Of a stretch of 64,000 nucleotides of DNA, positions 21,157 through 31,394 are shown one piece after another. The DNA lies in contig CAWFJP010000011.1 of NCBI GenBank assembly GCA_963816145.1, positions 192,001-256,000 of the forward strand. Direction: 5' to 3'. This stretch comes from an uncultured delta proteobacterium (GTDB taxonomy: Bacteria > Desulfobacterota > Binatia > UBA9968). Made by a program: the position numbers and the translations under genes. Below the pieces are notes generated by a model. It saw only the letters and a list, made by a program, of their open reading frames with translations. It did not search any database and had not been told where the DNA came from. Numbering within the stretch: position 1 is the first letter of the stretch; every line of letters begins with the position of its first letter.

Positions 21157-21654
21157 TCATTTTCGCCGTTCGTTTTCTTGCTCACGAAGGTATTTCAACA
21201 TTCTTATCGGACCGTTCTTGTCCTCGCCCGCGACAGCGACAACAGTCTCAATAAACCTGATAAACCCCGGCGGTGTCGTGTCCAGCACGTTACTGCCCTC
21301 ACATTTCATGCTGCAGTTTCCCTTTGAGACCGAGAGCTGCCAGTGCTGTCCACCGAGAACCTTGACCTTATCCGTCCAGGCGTAATTCCCGGCCCATTCC
21401 CAGGCCCGAAGCTCTTGCACGGTACTCCAGAACGATTGCCATTGAGCGGCCGACATCATGATCGCCATGCGCTTTTCGTTTGGCTTAAAACCGGGGGTTG
21501 GAAAGATCTCGATAGGCGGCAGGACTTGGCGGTAAATCAACTGATTGTCCTACCACTGTAAGGACCAACTGGCGCTTCGCGTGGCGGAGACCAGCTCAAA
21601 CAGCTCCGGCCACGGCTCACTTTTTCGCAGCAATCGCTTCATGGAGTCAAACAT
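21157..21654 (-). pseudogene. Hypothetical protein with an in-frame TAG at 21550-21552
   Basis: ATG at 21654 (MFDSMKRLL..SLQW*DNQLIYRQ) is in frame with ORF 21157-21540. Confidence 0.5.
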
Positions 21655-21866
21655 TGTCACCTTCCGTAAGTAAATCTTAGTCCGCCGCAACGTTCATGGT
21701 CGGCTAGAGAAATACGAAGGTGAGATCCCCTTGGGGCGCCATGGCCGACTCTTTCACGCGGGGCCGATGATTGACCGCAACGGGCAATCGAGACCTGCAC
21801 ATCATCGCCCATCAAAGTCGGCCACATGCGAGGCCGGCCTTACCTGCGCAACCATTATGTCGACCG

Positions 21867-22142
21867 CTATGAGGAAGTACAGCGCGTCGGCGCGAGATAT
21901 TCCCCCAGTGGTGTGTTTCCAGACCCAACATGCCGGAGGAAATCCGGCAGCCACAGCGCCACGGCAAGAATGAGATTCTCACGGCGAGCTACATGCTTTT
22001 CTCCGAGAAGGCTGTCGCAGGACTTACCACTGAAGGTTTGCACCAGGAATAGAATCACACCGATCCCAATGTAGCTGCCAACAATGCCTTGAATGATTTT
22101 ACCCATCTTGGTCATCGCCGCCTTTCTCGGTTGGGCGTACAT
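21867..22142 (-). CDS. Small membrane-anchored hypothetical protein
   Basis: TM helix, SC..ALWLP..GN..RC; paralog of 29791-30219. Confidence 0.6.
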   Translation of the reverse strand: MYAQPRKAAMTKMGKIIQGIVGSYIGIGVILFLVQTFSGKSCDSLLGEKHVARRENLILAVALWLPDFLRHVGSGNTPLGEYLAPTRCTSS

Positions 22143-22169
22143 GCTTTCAGCACTTCACCAGATCATGAC

Positions 22170-22817
22170 TTAAGGACGATAGATGTGTATTGTTCCGAGT
22201 TCTCCTACTTCGATTGACAACGTGTTCGTCGCATCATCATACGCCAACTCGGCCTGCATTGGCTCGGCCGGCGAATAGTCTCCGGATCGGTATACCTCCT
22301 GGCACATCAAACCGACACCATCACATTCAAAGAGTGCGTAGTTGTTGTCCATCAGAGCTGTAATGCCCGACAGATAGTAAACCCGCCCACGCGCCCTCAG
22401 ACTGTCCAAGGGTGTCATCAGTGAGATCAGGGCCGGGAAGCAAGCCCCGAGAAAAACTAGGCTCGCCAGCAAGAGCAGTCCGCTCGGCAGTGCCGCAGAC
22501 CGGGCCGACGATTCCCGCCGGACGAGTCGCACGAGCCAGACTGCTGAAGCGCTGAAGAAACCCGCGAAACTGACAATGGTCAGCGGCAAAACCGTCCAGT
22601 CCATCGCGACAAATAGCCAATACGGGCCCGCGCGATCGCCCCAAATAAAGGCACGTTTCCACAGCCAGGCGATGGCGAAATAAACGATCGCTAAAACGAA
22701 GACAATCCAGGGTAGGTACTTTGTGAATTGAACACGTGATATTGGTGATCGCATTGTGCTTTCGTGCGCCCAACGACCCGCGTGAGCGGCGCGGACCACA
22801 GTTGTAACAGGAGACAC
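22170..22817 (-). CDS. Membrane hypothetical protein
   Basis: Three TM helices followed by a soluble domain with a Cys pair. Confidence 0.65.
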   Translation of the reverse strand: MSPVTTVVRAAHAGRWAHESTMRSPISRVQFTKYLPWIVFVLAIVYFAIAWLWKRAFIWGDRAGPYWLFVAMDWTVLPLTIVSFAGFFSASAVWLVRLVRRESSARSAALPSGLLLLASLVFLGACFPALISLMTPLDSLRARGRVYYLSGITALMDNNYALFECDGVGLMCQEVYRSGDYSPAEPMQAELAYDDATNTLSIEVGELGTIHIYRP

Positions 22818-22908
22818 GCCACCGCCCCCCGCGTCCGCTCGACGCGAAAGTTGGGGGTTTACCTTGTGCCGATTAGATTGACTGGCGGTGAAAAAGTTCC
22901 TCGCGCGG

Positions 22909-23970
22909 TTAGCGAGCGCCGGGCTGTGCGGGAGCGTTACTGTTCGGCGCAGCGGGCGGCATCAACGTGACCAGGATCGTCACGAGATCGGACGACTGGA
23001 CATCGGACTTCGCTTGTCGGGTATCGCGCTCCGCAACCGATTCCACAGTTCCCATCGATGCCAAGTCCTGTCTGAATTGCCCATACCGATCACGCGCAAT
23101 TTCAAGCACCTCATGCTGCGCCTGACCGCTCTCGATGGCGCGCTGGCGCGCTTGGTCGAGCCGCCTTGCTTGATCTTCGGATAGCGAAGCGAAAACCGCT
23201 CTCAGCGATTCTGCACGGTCAGCGCTCGCCTCTTCTTTGCGCATTGAAGGTTGGACATGGAGGCGCACCGTCAGTCGATAGTCCGGAGCCGCTTCGCCGC
23301 CGGCGCGCGCGTATTCGCGGTTCTCGAAAATCGGCGCGCCCGGCACACCGAAGGGATGGGCAGCCGAAGGCGCCGGCGGTGCAGCTTTGCGCGGTAGCGG
23401 GTCCGCAAGCGGCCGCGTCGGCTGCGCTTCCAGACTGGGCGCTGGCTCTTTTCTCGGAGCTTGCAGCGCCAATTTTGGCGCCGCATCGCTCTCAGCTTTG
23501 CGCGCCGGCTCGACTGGCGGCGGTGCACTGGTTGGTTCGCTTTTTGAAGCCAACGAATCCGGCATTGGCACAGGAGTAGTCGGCCGCTGTTCCAGCGGGC
23601 GCTCTTGCTGATAGAGAAAGACCGCGAGAACTGCGACCAGAACTACGGCCGTCGCCTGGATCGGCACGCCCATCTGAAACGGCAGCGAGAGCCAGCCCCA
23701 GAGTTTGGGCTTCGCCGCTTGTTCTTGCACATGAGCCAGCACACGCGTTTGAAAGCCCAGCGGCGGCTCGACCTGGAGCATGGCGGCAAAAAGTTTGTTC
23801 ATGCGCTCGAGCCCTTCCACCCGCACGCGACACTCCGCACAAACTGCAAGATGTTCGTCGAGGGGTGCGCTCGTCATTGAATCGAGCCGCTTATCGATAT
23901 ATTCGGAGAAAAGCTCTTGCGCCTGGTGGCATTCCATCGCTAGCTCCACGCACGCAGCAGCGGCGCGCAC
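22909..23970 (-). CDS. Zinc-binding anti-sigma factor (zf-HC2) with a Pro-rich periplasmic tail
   Basis: HLAVCAEC, one TM helix, Pro/Ala linker; coupled to the ECF sigma gene. Confidence 0.85.
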   Translation of the reverse strand: MRAAAACVELAMECHQAQELFSEYIDKRLDSMTSAPLDEHLAVCAECRVRVEGLERMNKLFAAMLQVEPPLGFQTRVLAHVQEQAAKPKLWGWLSLPFQMGVPIQATAVVLVAVLAVFLYQQERPLEQRPTTPVPMPDSLASKSEPTSAPPPVEPARKAESDAAPKLALQAPRKEPAPSLEAQPTRPLADPLPRKAAPPAPSAAHPFGVPGAPIFENREYARAGGEAAPDYRLTVRLHVQPSMRKEEASADRAESLRAVFASLSEDQARRLDQARQRAIESGQAQHEVLEIARDRYGQFRQDLASMGTVESVAERDTRQAKSDVQSSDLVTILVTLMPPAAPNSNAPAQPGAR

Positions 23971-24533
23971 TCCTTCGCCAGCGCTTCGCGCGCCCGGTTC
24001 AAGCGCGATTTGACCGTGTTGATCGGAATCTCCAGAATCCCCGCCGCATCTTCATAGGAGGCGCCTTGAATCGTGATCAGCGTGATGATTTCGCAATGCT
24101 CGTGGCTCAGCCGGTTCAAGGCGGCCTGCAGATAGGTCCAGAACTCTTTCTTGGCCAATGAATCCTCGGGGTCGGAGGGATCGGGGATCTCAGGCACAAA
24201 GTCGCAGTCCCCTGGCGGGTCGCTGAAAATATTTTTCTCTCTGGCGCGATTTGCGCGCGCATCCTTGGCGTGATTGACGGCGATCCGATAGACCCAGGTC
24301 TTGAAGCTCGAATTGCCCTTAAACTGGCGGATCGATTTGTAAGCTAAGATGAACACTTCGTGCGCCACTTCGGCGGCTGCCTCTGGGTTGCCGCCCAGCA
24401 TGCGGTAAACCAGATTGTAAATCGTTTTCTGATGGCGTCGGACCAAGACTTCGAAGACATCAACCTGTCCCTTTTGAATTTTTTGGACACAATCCCAATC
24501 CGTAACGCCGGCCAAGGCTTCGGTCTCATCCAT
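23940..24533 (-). CDS. ECF RNA polymerase sigma factor
   Basis: FKTWVYRIAVN (region 2) and SYEDAAGILEIPINTVKSRLNRAR (region 4). Confidence 0.92.
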   Translation of the reverse strand: MDETEALAGVTDWDCVQKIQKGQVDVFEVLVRRHQKTIYNLVYRMLGGNPEAAAEVAHEVFILAYKSIRQFKGNSSFKTWVYRIAVNHAKDARANRAREKNIFSDPPGDCDFVPEIPDPSDPEDSLAKKEFWTYLQAALNRLSHEHCEIITLITIQGASYEDAAGILEIPINTVKSRLNRAREALAKECAPLLRAWS

Positions 24534-24638
24534 ATTGGACCCACAAATCGCAAAGATGTTCCCGGTCTTGACCGCAACATCTTCGGGGTGCTTCTAACCA
24601 ATTCAGCTAAGCCCGTCAACGGACCGCGCCGGAGCCAT

Positions 24639-25028
24639 CTATTCATTGCCGTCTGCGACTATCCTACGAAAATGGCCGATCCGCCCCTTGTCGAGATGGA
24701 CGGTTACAAGCTGATCTTCGCTCACCGCTACTCTAAGGGCGCTTTTCCTAACCACTCCTAAGCTTGCTCCGACACCCTTTTCTTGGAGCAGGTTGTTTAG
24801 CTCGCCGACCACATTCTCCGCCTCGGGCGACACGGAATCCCGCCAAGCCAGCTCGACCACATCCGGCTCGATGAAGCGGTAATAGCCGCCCATATGATAC
24901 GCGCCGCCGAACATCGCCATGCGCACGCTGCCATCGGCGCGATACTCCATGGTGTCCGCAGGATTACCGGACACCGGTGCCCATATACCGATGAGGAGAG
25001 TCTCGAAATTGTCGTTGGCGTTGACCAT
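24639..25028 (-). CDS. Hypothetical protein (lipocalin-like GxW start)
   Basis: AGGAG RBS; LLIGIW..MEYRADG. Confidence 0.65.
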   Translation of the reverse strand: MVNANDNFETLLIGIWAPVSGNPADTMEYRADGSVRMAMFGGAYHMGGYYRFIEPDVVELAWRDSVSPEAENVVGELNNLLQEKGVGASLGVVRKSALRVAVSEDQLVTVHLDKGRIGHFRRIVADGNE

Positions 25029-25084
25029 GAATTGTCTCCTTTCCTATGGCAGTTAGCGACGGCGCCTCGGCGACCTTATGGGTC

Positions 25085-25306
25085 CTACCTACTCTCGGCA
25101 AGGACAGCGAAATAGATCATCGCCGCGCCTGTATAGAGCGCGATCGCGCCCTTATCCAATGTCTGCAAACCCAATAGGCAATCTAAACCGCTGGCTACCG
25201 CAATGGCCCCAAGCCCGATGGCGTGGGCTTCCAGCCTAGAATACCTTTTTGCAAAATTCGCCAGCATAACAGGCGCAACCTTGCTCTCTAACGGTTGGTC
25301 ATTCAT
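25085..25306 (-). CDS. Small membrane protein
   Basis: GAGGAGG RBS, two hydrophobic segments. Confidence 0.5.
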   Translation of the reverse strand: MNDQPLESKVAPVMLANFAKRYSRLEAHAIGLGAIAVASGLDCLLGLQTLDKGAIALYTGAAMIYFAVLAESR

Positions 25307-25483
25307 ATCGTTCCTCCTCAAATTGTGTGGGCTTCCACGTCCGTTAGAGCGGTGCCGACTGGAAATGTTCCCGCTACCTAAGAATTATCGCAGTAGCGAT
25401 TTTGTCGCCCGATCAGGGAACATATTTGCTCGCTGCATCTCTAAGCGCAGTGACCGCAAATTGTCCAAATCGGAGGGAGCGCG

Positions 25484-25891
25484 ATGAATTTCAAACGCTT
25501 TATCGCCACTTGGCTATTGGCAGGGGCCAGCGTTGTGATGATTGCGCCGGCTGGTGTTCAGGCCCAGATGGCCGCAGACATAGAGTGGTTATGGTGCAAT
25601 CGCATGCGGGAGTCGCTGGTGCGCAACTATCGAGCCGTGGAACGCATGAGGGCCAGGCACCAGGCGGGCATCAACACTCTACGCGCCGAGCACCAATTGC
25701 CCGCAACCAGAAATCTAGAGCAGTGGTATTGGAAAAAGGTAGAGGCACTATTTCAACAGAGACGCGCGCTCGACGCCGAGTACAACGGGCTGAATATCCG
25801 TCCCGATGCACCGAGCCCAGGCCGAAAGGCTCCCCCTGCCGCAGCGCCCGCAGCCACGACCGAACGAAACTTGGCGCTATCCACCTTATGA
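25484..25891 (+). CDS. Secreted helical hypothetical protein
   Basis: GGAGG RBS, signal peptide VQA-Q. Confidence 0.65.
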   Translation: MNFKRFIATWLLAGASVVMIAPAGVQAQMAADIEWLWCNRMRESLVRNYRAVERMRARHQAGINTLRAEHQLPATRNLEQWYWKKVEALFQQRRALDAEYNGLNIRPDAPSPGRKAPPAAAPAATTERNLALSTL

Positions 25892-26100
25892 ACGTTATCC
25901 CGAGGCCACATGATCCTTTCCGTCCGGAGGCGCGAGGATAGGCATATGATGTCGCCGGTCAACGAGCGTTACAGATCTAACGTTGGGGGTAAAATTTCCG
26001 TGGCGTGGTTTGCCTGTTTGTCTTATGTTGAAACGAGTTGATTTGTGGCCTTGCTTAAAGACTGAGCCAGCTTTCGAGGCTTTAACTTTAGGGAAATCAT

Positions 26101-26478
26101 ATGTCGCTCATTGTTCTTTTCGGCGCTGTGGCAACGATCGACCTTGGCATTCTGATTATGGGCGGCCAGTGGATGCAGAGAGCGGTCATCGCCAATCTCT
26201 TTGGTCTTGCGTTCGGCGCAGGAGCGGCACTAGCTGTCGGCCTGCTCAACGCAGTGTCCGGTTGGGTGTGGAGTTCCTGGGCTCTACCCTGGATGCTGGG
26301 CTCAAGCTTCCTCGCTCTTATGGATATGGGTTATCGCTACTTGGGCATCCGACCCAAGCAGGCGCGGCCGGTGGATCAAGCGAATGAACCCTCAGGCGCC
26401 TTGCAAGAATTATTGGCTCACGCCCGCTCGAGGCGCCTCTGTGATAATTTTTTCCCGCATGGCTACTGGCAGGTCTGA
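26101..26478 (+). CDS. Membrane hypothetical protein
   Basis: Three hydrophobic helices. Confidence 0.55.
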   Translation: MSLIVLFGAVATIDLGILIMGGQWMQRAVIANLFGLAFGAGAALAVGLLNAVSGWVWSSWALPWMLGSSFLALMDMGYRYLGIRPKQARPVDQANEPSGALQELLAHARSRRLCDNFFPHGYWQV

Positions 26479-26555
26479 TGGCCGTCGTCTTTGCCGTGCT
26501 GAGCGTCCGTGACCTGCTGTGGCAGGCCACATAAGCCGTTCCTGGATGAAGGAGT

Positions 26556-26828
26556 ATGCTGATGAACCTCTGGTATATCGTCTTGCCGAGTCTATGCTTT
26601 ATCGCCTCAACTCAGTTGCCTGCATGGGCGGATATTGCCCGGCCTCCTCCCCCGGGCGACCAGGGGACCGCTATCGCGGCGATTCTAGTGCTGGCGGCTT
26701 GCGTCTTTGGGGGTCTTTGGGTTGCGCGCAGGATCAGGCGCAAAAATTCGCCAACGGACCACAAACTCGCTAAGGGAATACCGCTGGAGACCATTTCCGA
26801 TGCGCGGCCGCCCTCCGAATCAGTCTGA
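26556..26828 (+). CDS. Mini-protein: signal peptide, DIARPPPP, TM helix, basic tail
   Basis: AAGGAG RBS; AWA-DIARPPPPG; TM helix followed by RRIRRK. Confidence 0.65.
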   Translation: MLMNLWYIVLPSLCFIASTQLPAWADIARPPPPGDQGTAIAAILVLAACVFGGLWVARRIRRKNSPTDHKLAKGIPLETISDARPPSESV

Positions 26829-27853
26829 GTGGGGGAGCGTCACTTGCGGGTCTCGTATCGGATAACTCAGAGTCCGCGTAATTCCGCGATACGGTTCGCG
26901 CCAATCCTGGGACTTTCCGTGATGCTGTTGACCGCGAGCTTGGCCGCCTGGGCTCCGCTAAGTTTTTCCATCGCCATCGTCGGTTTATTTGCCGCGCCGC
27001 ACAACTGGATGGAAGCGCGCTATTTTTTAACCCGCCTGCCGAGTCGATGGCGCCCGCTGCGAGAATACTTCCTCGTGGCTATACAGGCGCTATTTGCTTA
27101 GGGGTCATTTTTGCGGCGCTGCCTTGGTTTGCTCAGGTCAACGAGTGGGACGACCGGAGTTTCACGACCTCGTGGACGGTGTGGAGCTGCGCCATGATCG
27201 CGTGGGTGGCGATGCTGATACAGATGCGCAGTCGGCAGAAACCGCGCCGGGATTGGACTTGGACAGTTCCGGCCGCTCTTGTTCTTGCCGGGATCGCGTC
27301 CTATGCGCCGGATCTTTGGGGCGTAGTGTTGGTTTATTTGCATCCGTTGATCGGGTTTTGGATACTCGATCGGGAACTGCGCCGACGAGCGGCGTGGCGC
27401 CGAGTGTTTCACCGTTGCCTGTTTTGCCTGCCCGCTGTTTTAGCGCTGATGTGGTACGCGCTGGCAGACGCACCGGCTCTCGGCGAGGTCAACGAAAATT
27501 TGTTGACCTTGAGGGTCGTGGAGCATGCGGGAGCGGCAGTGCTGCCGGCAATATCCTCGCATCTTTTAGTCGCCACTCACGCCTACCTGGAAGTACTACA
27601 TTATCTAGTCTGGCTCGTTTTGATTCCGCCCAGCTGCCGAGCTGCGCCTTTTAGTATGGCCGGCGTGCCACTGGCACGCCGTTCTCCGACCCTGTGCCGC
27701 GTGCTCGCAGCGCTGCTTGCCGCGGGCGTGCTGCTAGTAATATTTTTCTGGTTCGGGTTCTCGGTTGATTACGCGGCTACCCGCGATCTTTATTTCTCTC
27801 TAGCCATCTTTCACGTCCTCGCGGAAATTCCTTTCTTGCTGCGGGCATTGTAG
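26829..27853 (+). CDS. Polytopic membrane protein with conserved His motifs, frameshift near 27095
   Basis: APHNWMEARYFL, YLHP, HAYLEVLHY and FHVLAEIPFLL across two frames. Confidence 0.7.
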
Positions 27854-27930
27854 CGATCGCGCGAAGACTTCCAGCTCAGCGACATAGTTTCTTGGCGACT
27901 GGTTGCCAGACAATCGAACTAAACGCGCTC

Positions 27931-28737
27931 TTAACTGTTGCAGATAATGGCCAAAATTGCTTCAGGCGCTTGGTATTCGATTTGCTGTATGACTTTCCCG
28001 CATGGAATAGCGTCGATATGCCACGTCAGCGAATGGCGCCGGTCCCGGGCCCAATTGCCTTCGACGATCAAAGCCGAGTAGGTATTGGTTTTTTCGACGC
28101 GAGCCTCTTTCAGAAGAAACTTCTGAGCAGACTGTCGGTCGTTAAGATACGCCAACTCCGTGACAAGGGGAGTCACACGTTCTAAGTCAGGTTTTTTGAG
28201 GGATCCCGCAGGGGAGCTCAAGAGACCTTTGAACCGTTGCAAAAGCGCGTCATCGAGAGTGTCTCGCCCATCGCCATGCATGGAAAAACGCAGAAAGACA
28301 TCTTGTCGCGCGGGCGGCTTGAGAATGATGTAAGGACTTGCCGGGAATGATGTATCCATGTCTGGCCTTGAACTGGCATACCCCTGCCATGAGGTCCAAT
28401 CGGAGGGTATGGTTACACTGGCGATGCGGCCGCTGTCTCGCAGGACTGTGGTGCGCCGCGCTCGATCCTCGGATACCTGCCGGCACCATACCTCTTGCCA
28501 AACCGATGCGCCGTAACCGCTACAGACGTGACTGTAGCCCTGTTCAGCTAGCTGGTCACAGTCTTTACGCCCCTGGAAAGAGGAAGTGCAGGCGCGGCAC
28601 TCTTGTCCACGATTTTGGTGAGCTGGGATAGTGCATCGCTCGACATATCCCGGCCTCGGCGCAATGTCGCCGAAAGCGAGAGTAAATTCCATTGCTGTTA
28701 GAAACAGCCCGAGCGCAATAGGTCGCTCCCATCTCAT
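27931..28737 (-). CDS. Secreted protein with a Cys-rich N-terminal domain
   Basis: Signal peptide; DIAPRPGYVERC..ECRAC..DC..VC..EVWCR. Confidence 0.7.
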   Translation of the reverse strand: MRWERPIALGLFLTAMEFTLAFGDIAPRPGYVERCTIPAHQNRGQECRACTSSFQGRKDCDQLAEQGYSHVCSGYGASVWQEVWCRQVSEDRARRTTVLRDSGRIASVTIPSDWTSWQGYASSRPDMDTSFPASPYIILKPPARQDVFLRFSMHGDGRDTLDDALLQRFKGLLSSPAGSLKKPDLERVTPLVTELAYLNDRQSAQKFLLKEARVEKTNTYSALIVEGNWARDRRHSLTWHIDAIPCGKVIQQIEYQAPEAILAIICNS

Positions 28738-28746
28738 AAAACCTCC

Positions 28747-29217
28747 TCAAGGCCAGCCAAACAGAATCTGACAGATCAAACCGAGGGTATAACTGGAGCC
28801 GTTGGCAATCAGCGACCAGTTAAACGCTCGCGGCACGCCGAGCAGACGAAGGTAAAACCACTCGGCTACCACAGCGCCAGCTTCGGATATAGCTATCATT
28901 GCCCAGTAATGCTCCGAGCCAAAAGACGTGATCGACCACCAAACGAGCGGATGAGTCAGCAAGCTAGCGCCAAACGCGCCAACAAGGCGTACCGGCCAAC
29001 CGAAGCTCTGCAGCGCGAGGCTGTAAATCGGCACTTCGATCATCTCTGTCAGTAGAAAGGCTTGCAGCCATTGACGATCAAACCACATGATCGCTTTCGT
29101 CTGAGTTTCTCTTAAAATTTGGATGCGGCCCTGCAAATCTCGGTGGAGACTCTCCAGTTGCAGGGCACACTCCAAAGAATATGGGAAACGAAAATCCCGC
29201 TGCGCCGATTCGACCAT
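28747..29217 (-). CDS. Membrane hypothetical protein (start probably near 29089)
   Basis: AFLLTEMIEVPIY, ASLLTHP, SEAGAVVAE and SLIANGSS in four TM helices. Confidence 0.7.
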   Translation of the reverse strand: MVESAQRDFRFPYSLECALQLESLHRDLQGRIQILRETQTKAIMWFDRQWLQAFLLTEMIEVPIYSLALQSFGWPVRLVGAFGASLLTHPLVWWSITSFGSEHYWAMIAISEAGAVVAEWFYLRLLGVPRAFNWSLIANGSSYTLGLICQILFGWP

Positions 29218-29790
29218 GCTTTATACTATGACCCTCCTGCCAGACCACAGGTAATCACACTTGCTGATGGACTCTTCCTGGCTTAACTCGCTCTCGTGTG
29301 TCCATATCGCGTTATAGCAGCTAGTCGTCGTTGGACTCGCCAAGAGGGGAAATGTTCCCGACTTCTCTCCATTGCAACGCCTGTGACTGATGCCGGATGT
29401 GAGCGATGGCAGCATATCCGATCCAGGCAACTACGTCGAAAATTGGATCGGCGGCACGGCATCGCCCTGGTGCAGCGTCGACCTCGTCCACCCAAGAATC
29501 GCTCCGCAAACTATTCGAACTATTCACCGCCTAGTCAATCATTTAGCTTGGTTTTGTCATTCGCGCGATGCTCGTGATTTTGACGGACTAAGGATCGATG
29601 TGGCACATTATCGCCCGGCGGTTGCCTATTTAGCTATCTCGCGAACCGGGAATAATGAACCGCCGAGGAGCGAACAGAGACTTGAAGGTTTTTTAAGAAT
29701 TTGGTACTGCGCAGCCTCGTAATACCACAATAAATGGGGCCGCGAGCAGGCTAAACCTCTGAGTGTAAGCCATAGGTCAACGGAGGCACG

Positions 29791-30219
29791 ATGACACTGG
29801 CAAAAAAGATCGGATTGATTGTGGTCGGCTACCTGGCCATCGGAGGTTTAGTCGGGCTTACCCAACTAGGGATGTCAAGCCTTCTCGCGACGCCTTCCTG
29901 CAACGGAATCCCCGTTCATACCCTTCTGAACAATTTTCGCAGGAACATGGCTGTCGACGATCTGCCAAACAACCGCATGCAGCGGCCCGAGTCCCTAGTG
30001 AGTTACGCCCTCAGGTTTAGCCGCAGCCTGGCGCTGTGGCTGCCGAATCACCTCAAGGAGCTCAGCGCCGGCAATATGACTCTGCTGAACTATTCGGTCG
30101 GAGGGCTACGATGCATGAACTATCCAGGCACACCTTCGCCTGAAAGTTCGGCGTCGAAGGAATCAGAAAATAGCGCTCCAGGCGAGCCGGAGATCACCAA
30201 GCACGATGTTTGGAAATAG
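29791..30219 (+). CDS. Membrane-anchored hypothetical protein
   Basis: GGAGG RBS, TM helix; paralog of 21867-22142. Confidence 0.65.
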   Translation: MTLAKKIGLIVVGYLAIGGLVGLTQLGMSSLLATPSCNGIPVHTLLNNFRRNMAVDDLPNNRMQRPESLVSYALRFSRSLALWLPNHLKELSAGNMTLLNYSVGGLRCMNYPGTPSPESSASKESENSAPGEPEITKHDVWK

Positions 30220-30294
30220 CAAAATATTTCACGCGTCAAAACAGACAGGGGTTATGGCTGTAGTTTCGCAACTACAACAAAGAAAGGGAAAACC

Positions 30295-31323
30295 ATGATT
30301 AATCAAATTTTAACCTCATGCGCCCGAGTCCGGTGCAGCCAGTTGCCAAGGCGGCCCGCTTTTGGCGTCGACGAAACCCACGGGAGAGTCACGTCGGTCG
30401 CTTTGGCCATGCTGTGCACACTTGTAATCACCTTGACCGCTTCGTTATCGGCGGCGTTGGCACAGTCGCGTTATTCGGCTGAAGGCGCCAATCAGTTTGC
30501 CCGCGCACAGGACTGGAACGGACTTGGTCGGTACGCGACCGCCTGGACCAAGGCGGAGCCCAACAATCCAATCGCGTGGAACTACCTCGGCAACAACTAC
30601 GCGATAGGACTACGGCAGCCCGAGGCGGCGATCCCGGCGTTCCAGCAGGTCGTGCGACTCGACCCTAACCGGCACAGCGCCTGGGGAGCCCTTGGCGCGC
30701 AATTTATAAAGGTGAGGCGGTTCGAAGCCGCGATCAACGCTCTCAAGCGGGCGACCGAACTCGAACCACGTAAATCCTCCTATTGGAACAACCTCGCCGT
30801 CGCCTACCAGGAGACGAATAAGATCAATCTCGCGCTCGCCGCACTCGACAACAACATGAAGCTAGCAGCACCGCACGGAACGTGGACCGACTGGCACAAC
30901 CTGGGGATCGCGTACAGAAATCTAGGCAAAGAGCGAGACCGGCAAAACAAAGCCGTCATCGCGCTGGGCCAGTCCGTGAAGCTCAATCCGCGCAATGGCG
31001 AAGGCTGGAATAGCCTCGGCGTGGCTTACCAGACTTTGTCCAGGTATGACGAGGCGCTCCGGAGCTACAAGCAAGCGGAAGCCCTCGGGAATCGCTACGC
31101 ACGTGCGAACTACGATAATCTTAAAGCTGGCCTCGCCGCAGCGGCCGCAGCCGCGGCAAACATGGGAAGCGACAACAGTCCTAGTGATAGCGGCGGAAAC
31201 CCATGCTACGGCTATGAGGGTGGCGCAGCGGCCGCCTGCCGTGAAGGCAACAAAGTGGCAATGGACCGTTACCAGAACCATCAACAAACCGAGGAAGACA
31301 AGCGGAAGTATGGTGTCAAATGA
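30295..31323 (+). CDS. Secreted TPR protein with a small C-terminal Cys-pair domain
   Basis: Signal-like segment, 5-6 TPRs (AW.NLG), Ala/Ser linker, NPCYGY..AAC. Confidence 0.85.
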   Translation: MINQILTSCARVRCSQLPRRPAFGVDETHGRVTSVALAMLCTLVITLTASLSAALAQSRYSAEGANQFARAQDWNGLGRYATAWTKAEPNNPIAWNYLGNNYAIGLRQPEAAIPAFQQVVRLDPNRHSAWGALGAQFIKVRRFEAAINALKRATELEPRKSSYWNNLAVAYQETNKINLALAALDNNMKLAAPHGTWTDWHNLGIAYRNLGKERDRQNKAVIALGQSVKLNPRNGEGWNSLGVAYQTLSRYDEALRSYKQAEALGNRYARANYDNLKAGLAAAAAAAANMGSDNSPSDSGGNPCYGYEGGAAAACREGNKVAMDRYQNHQQTEEDKRKYGVK

Positions 31324-31394
31324 TCGGTTCGCAATCGTCCGACCGCCGACTGTGGTTTTTCGGTCATCTCGTGAGTACCCGAAGGAGGTGTCCC

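Noticed and set aside
21550-21552. In-frame TAG read as pyrrolysine or recoding
   Set aside because: Single case in a decaying island; TAG ends other genes normally and no pyl genes are present
29221-29722. Short ORFs here and at 32890-33255, 34451-34699 and 36630-36872
   Set aside because: No RBS, motif or consistent frame; probably decayed sequence
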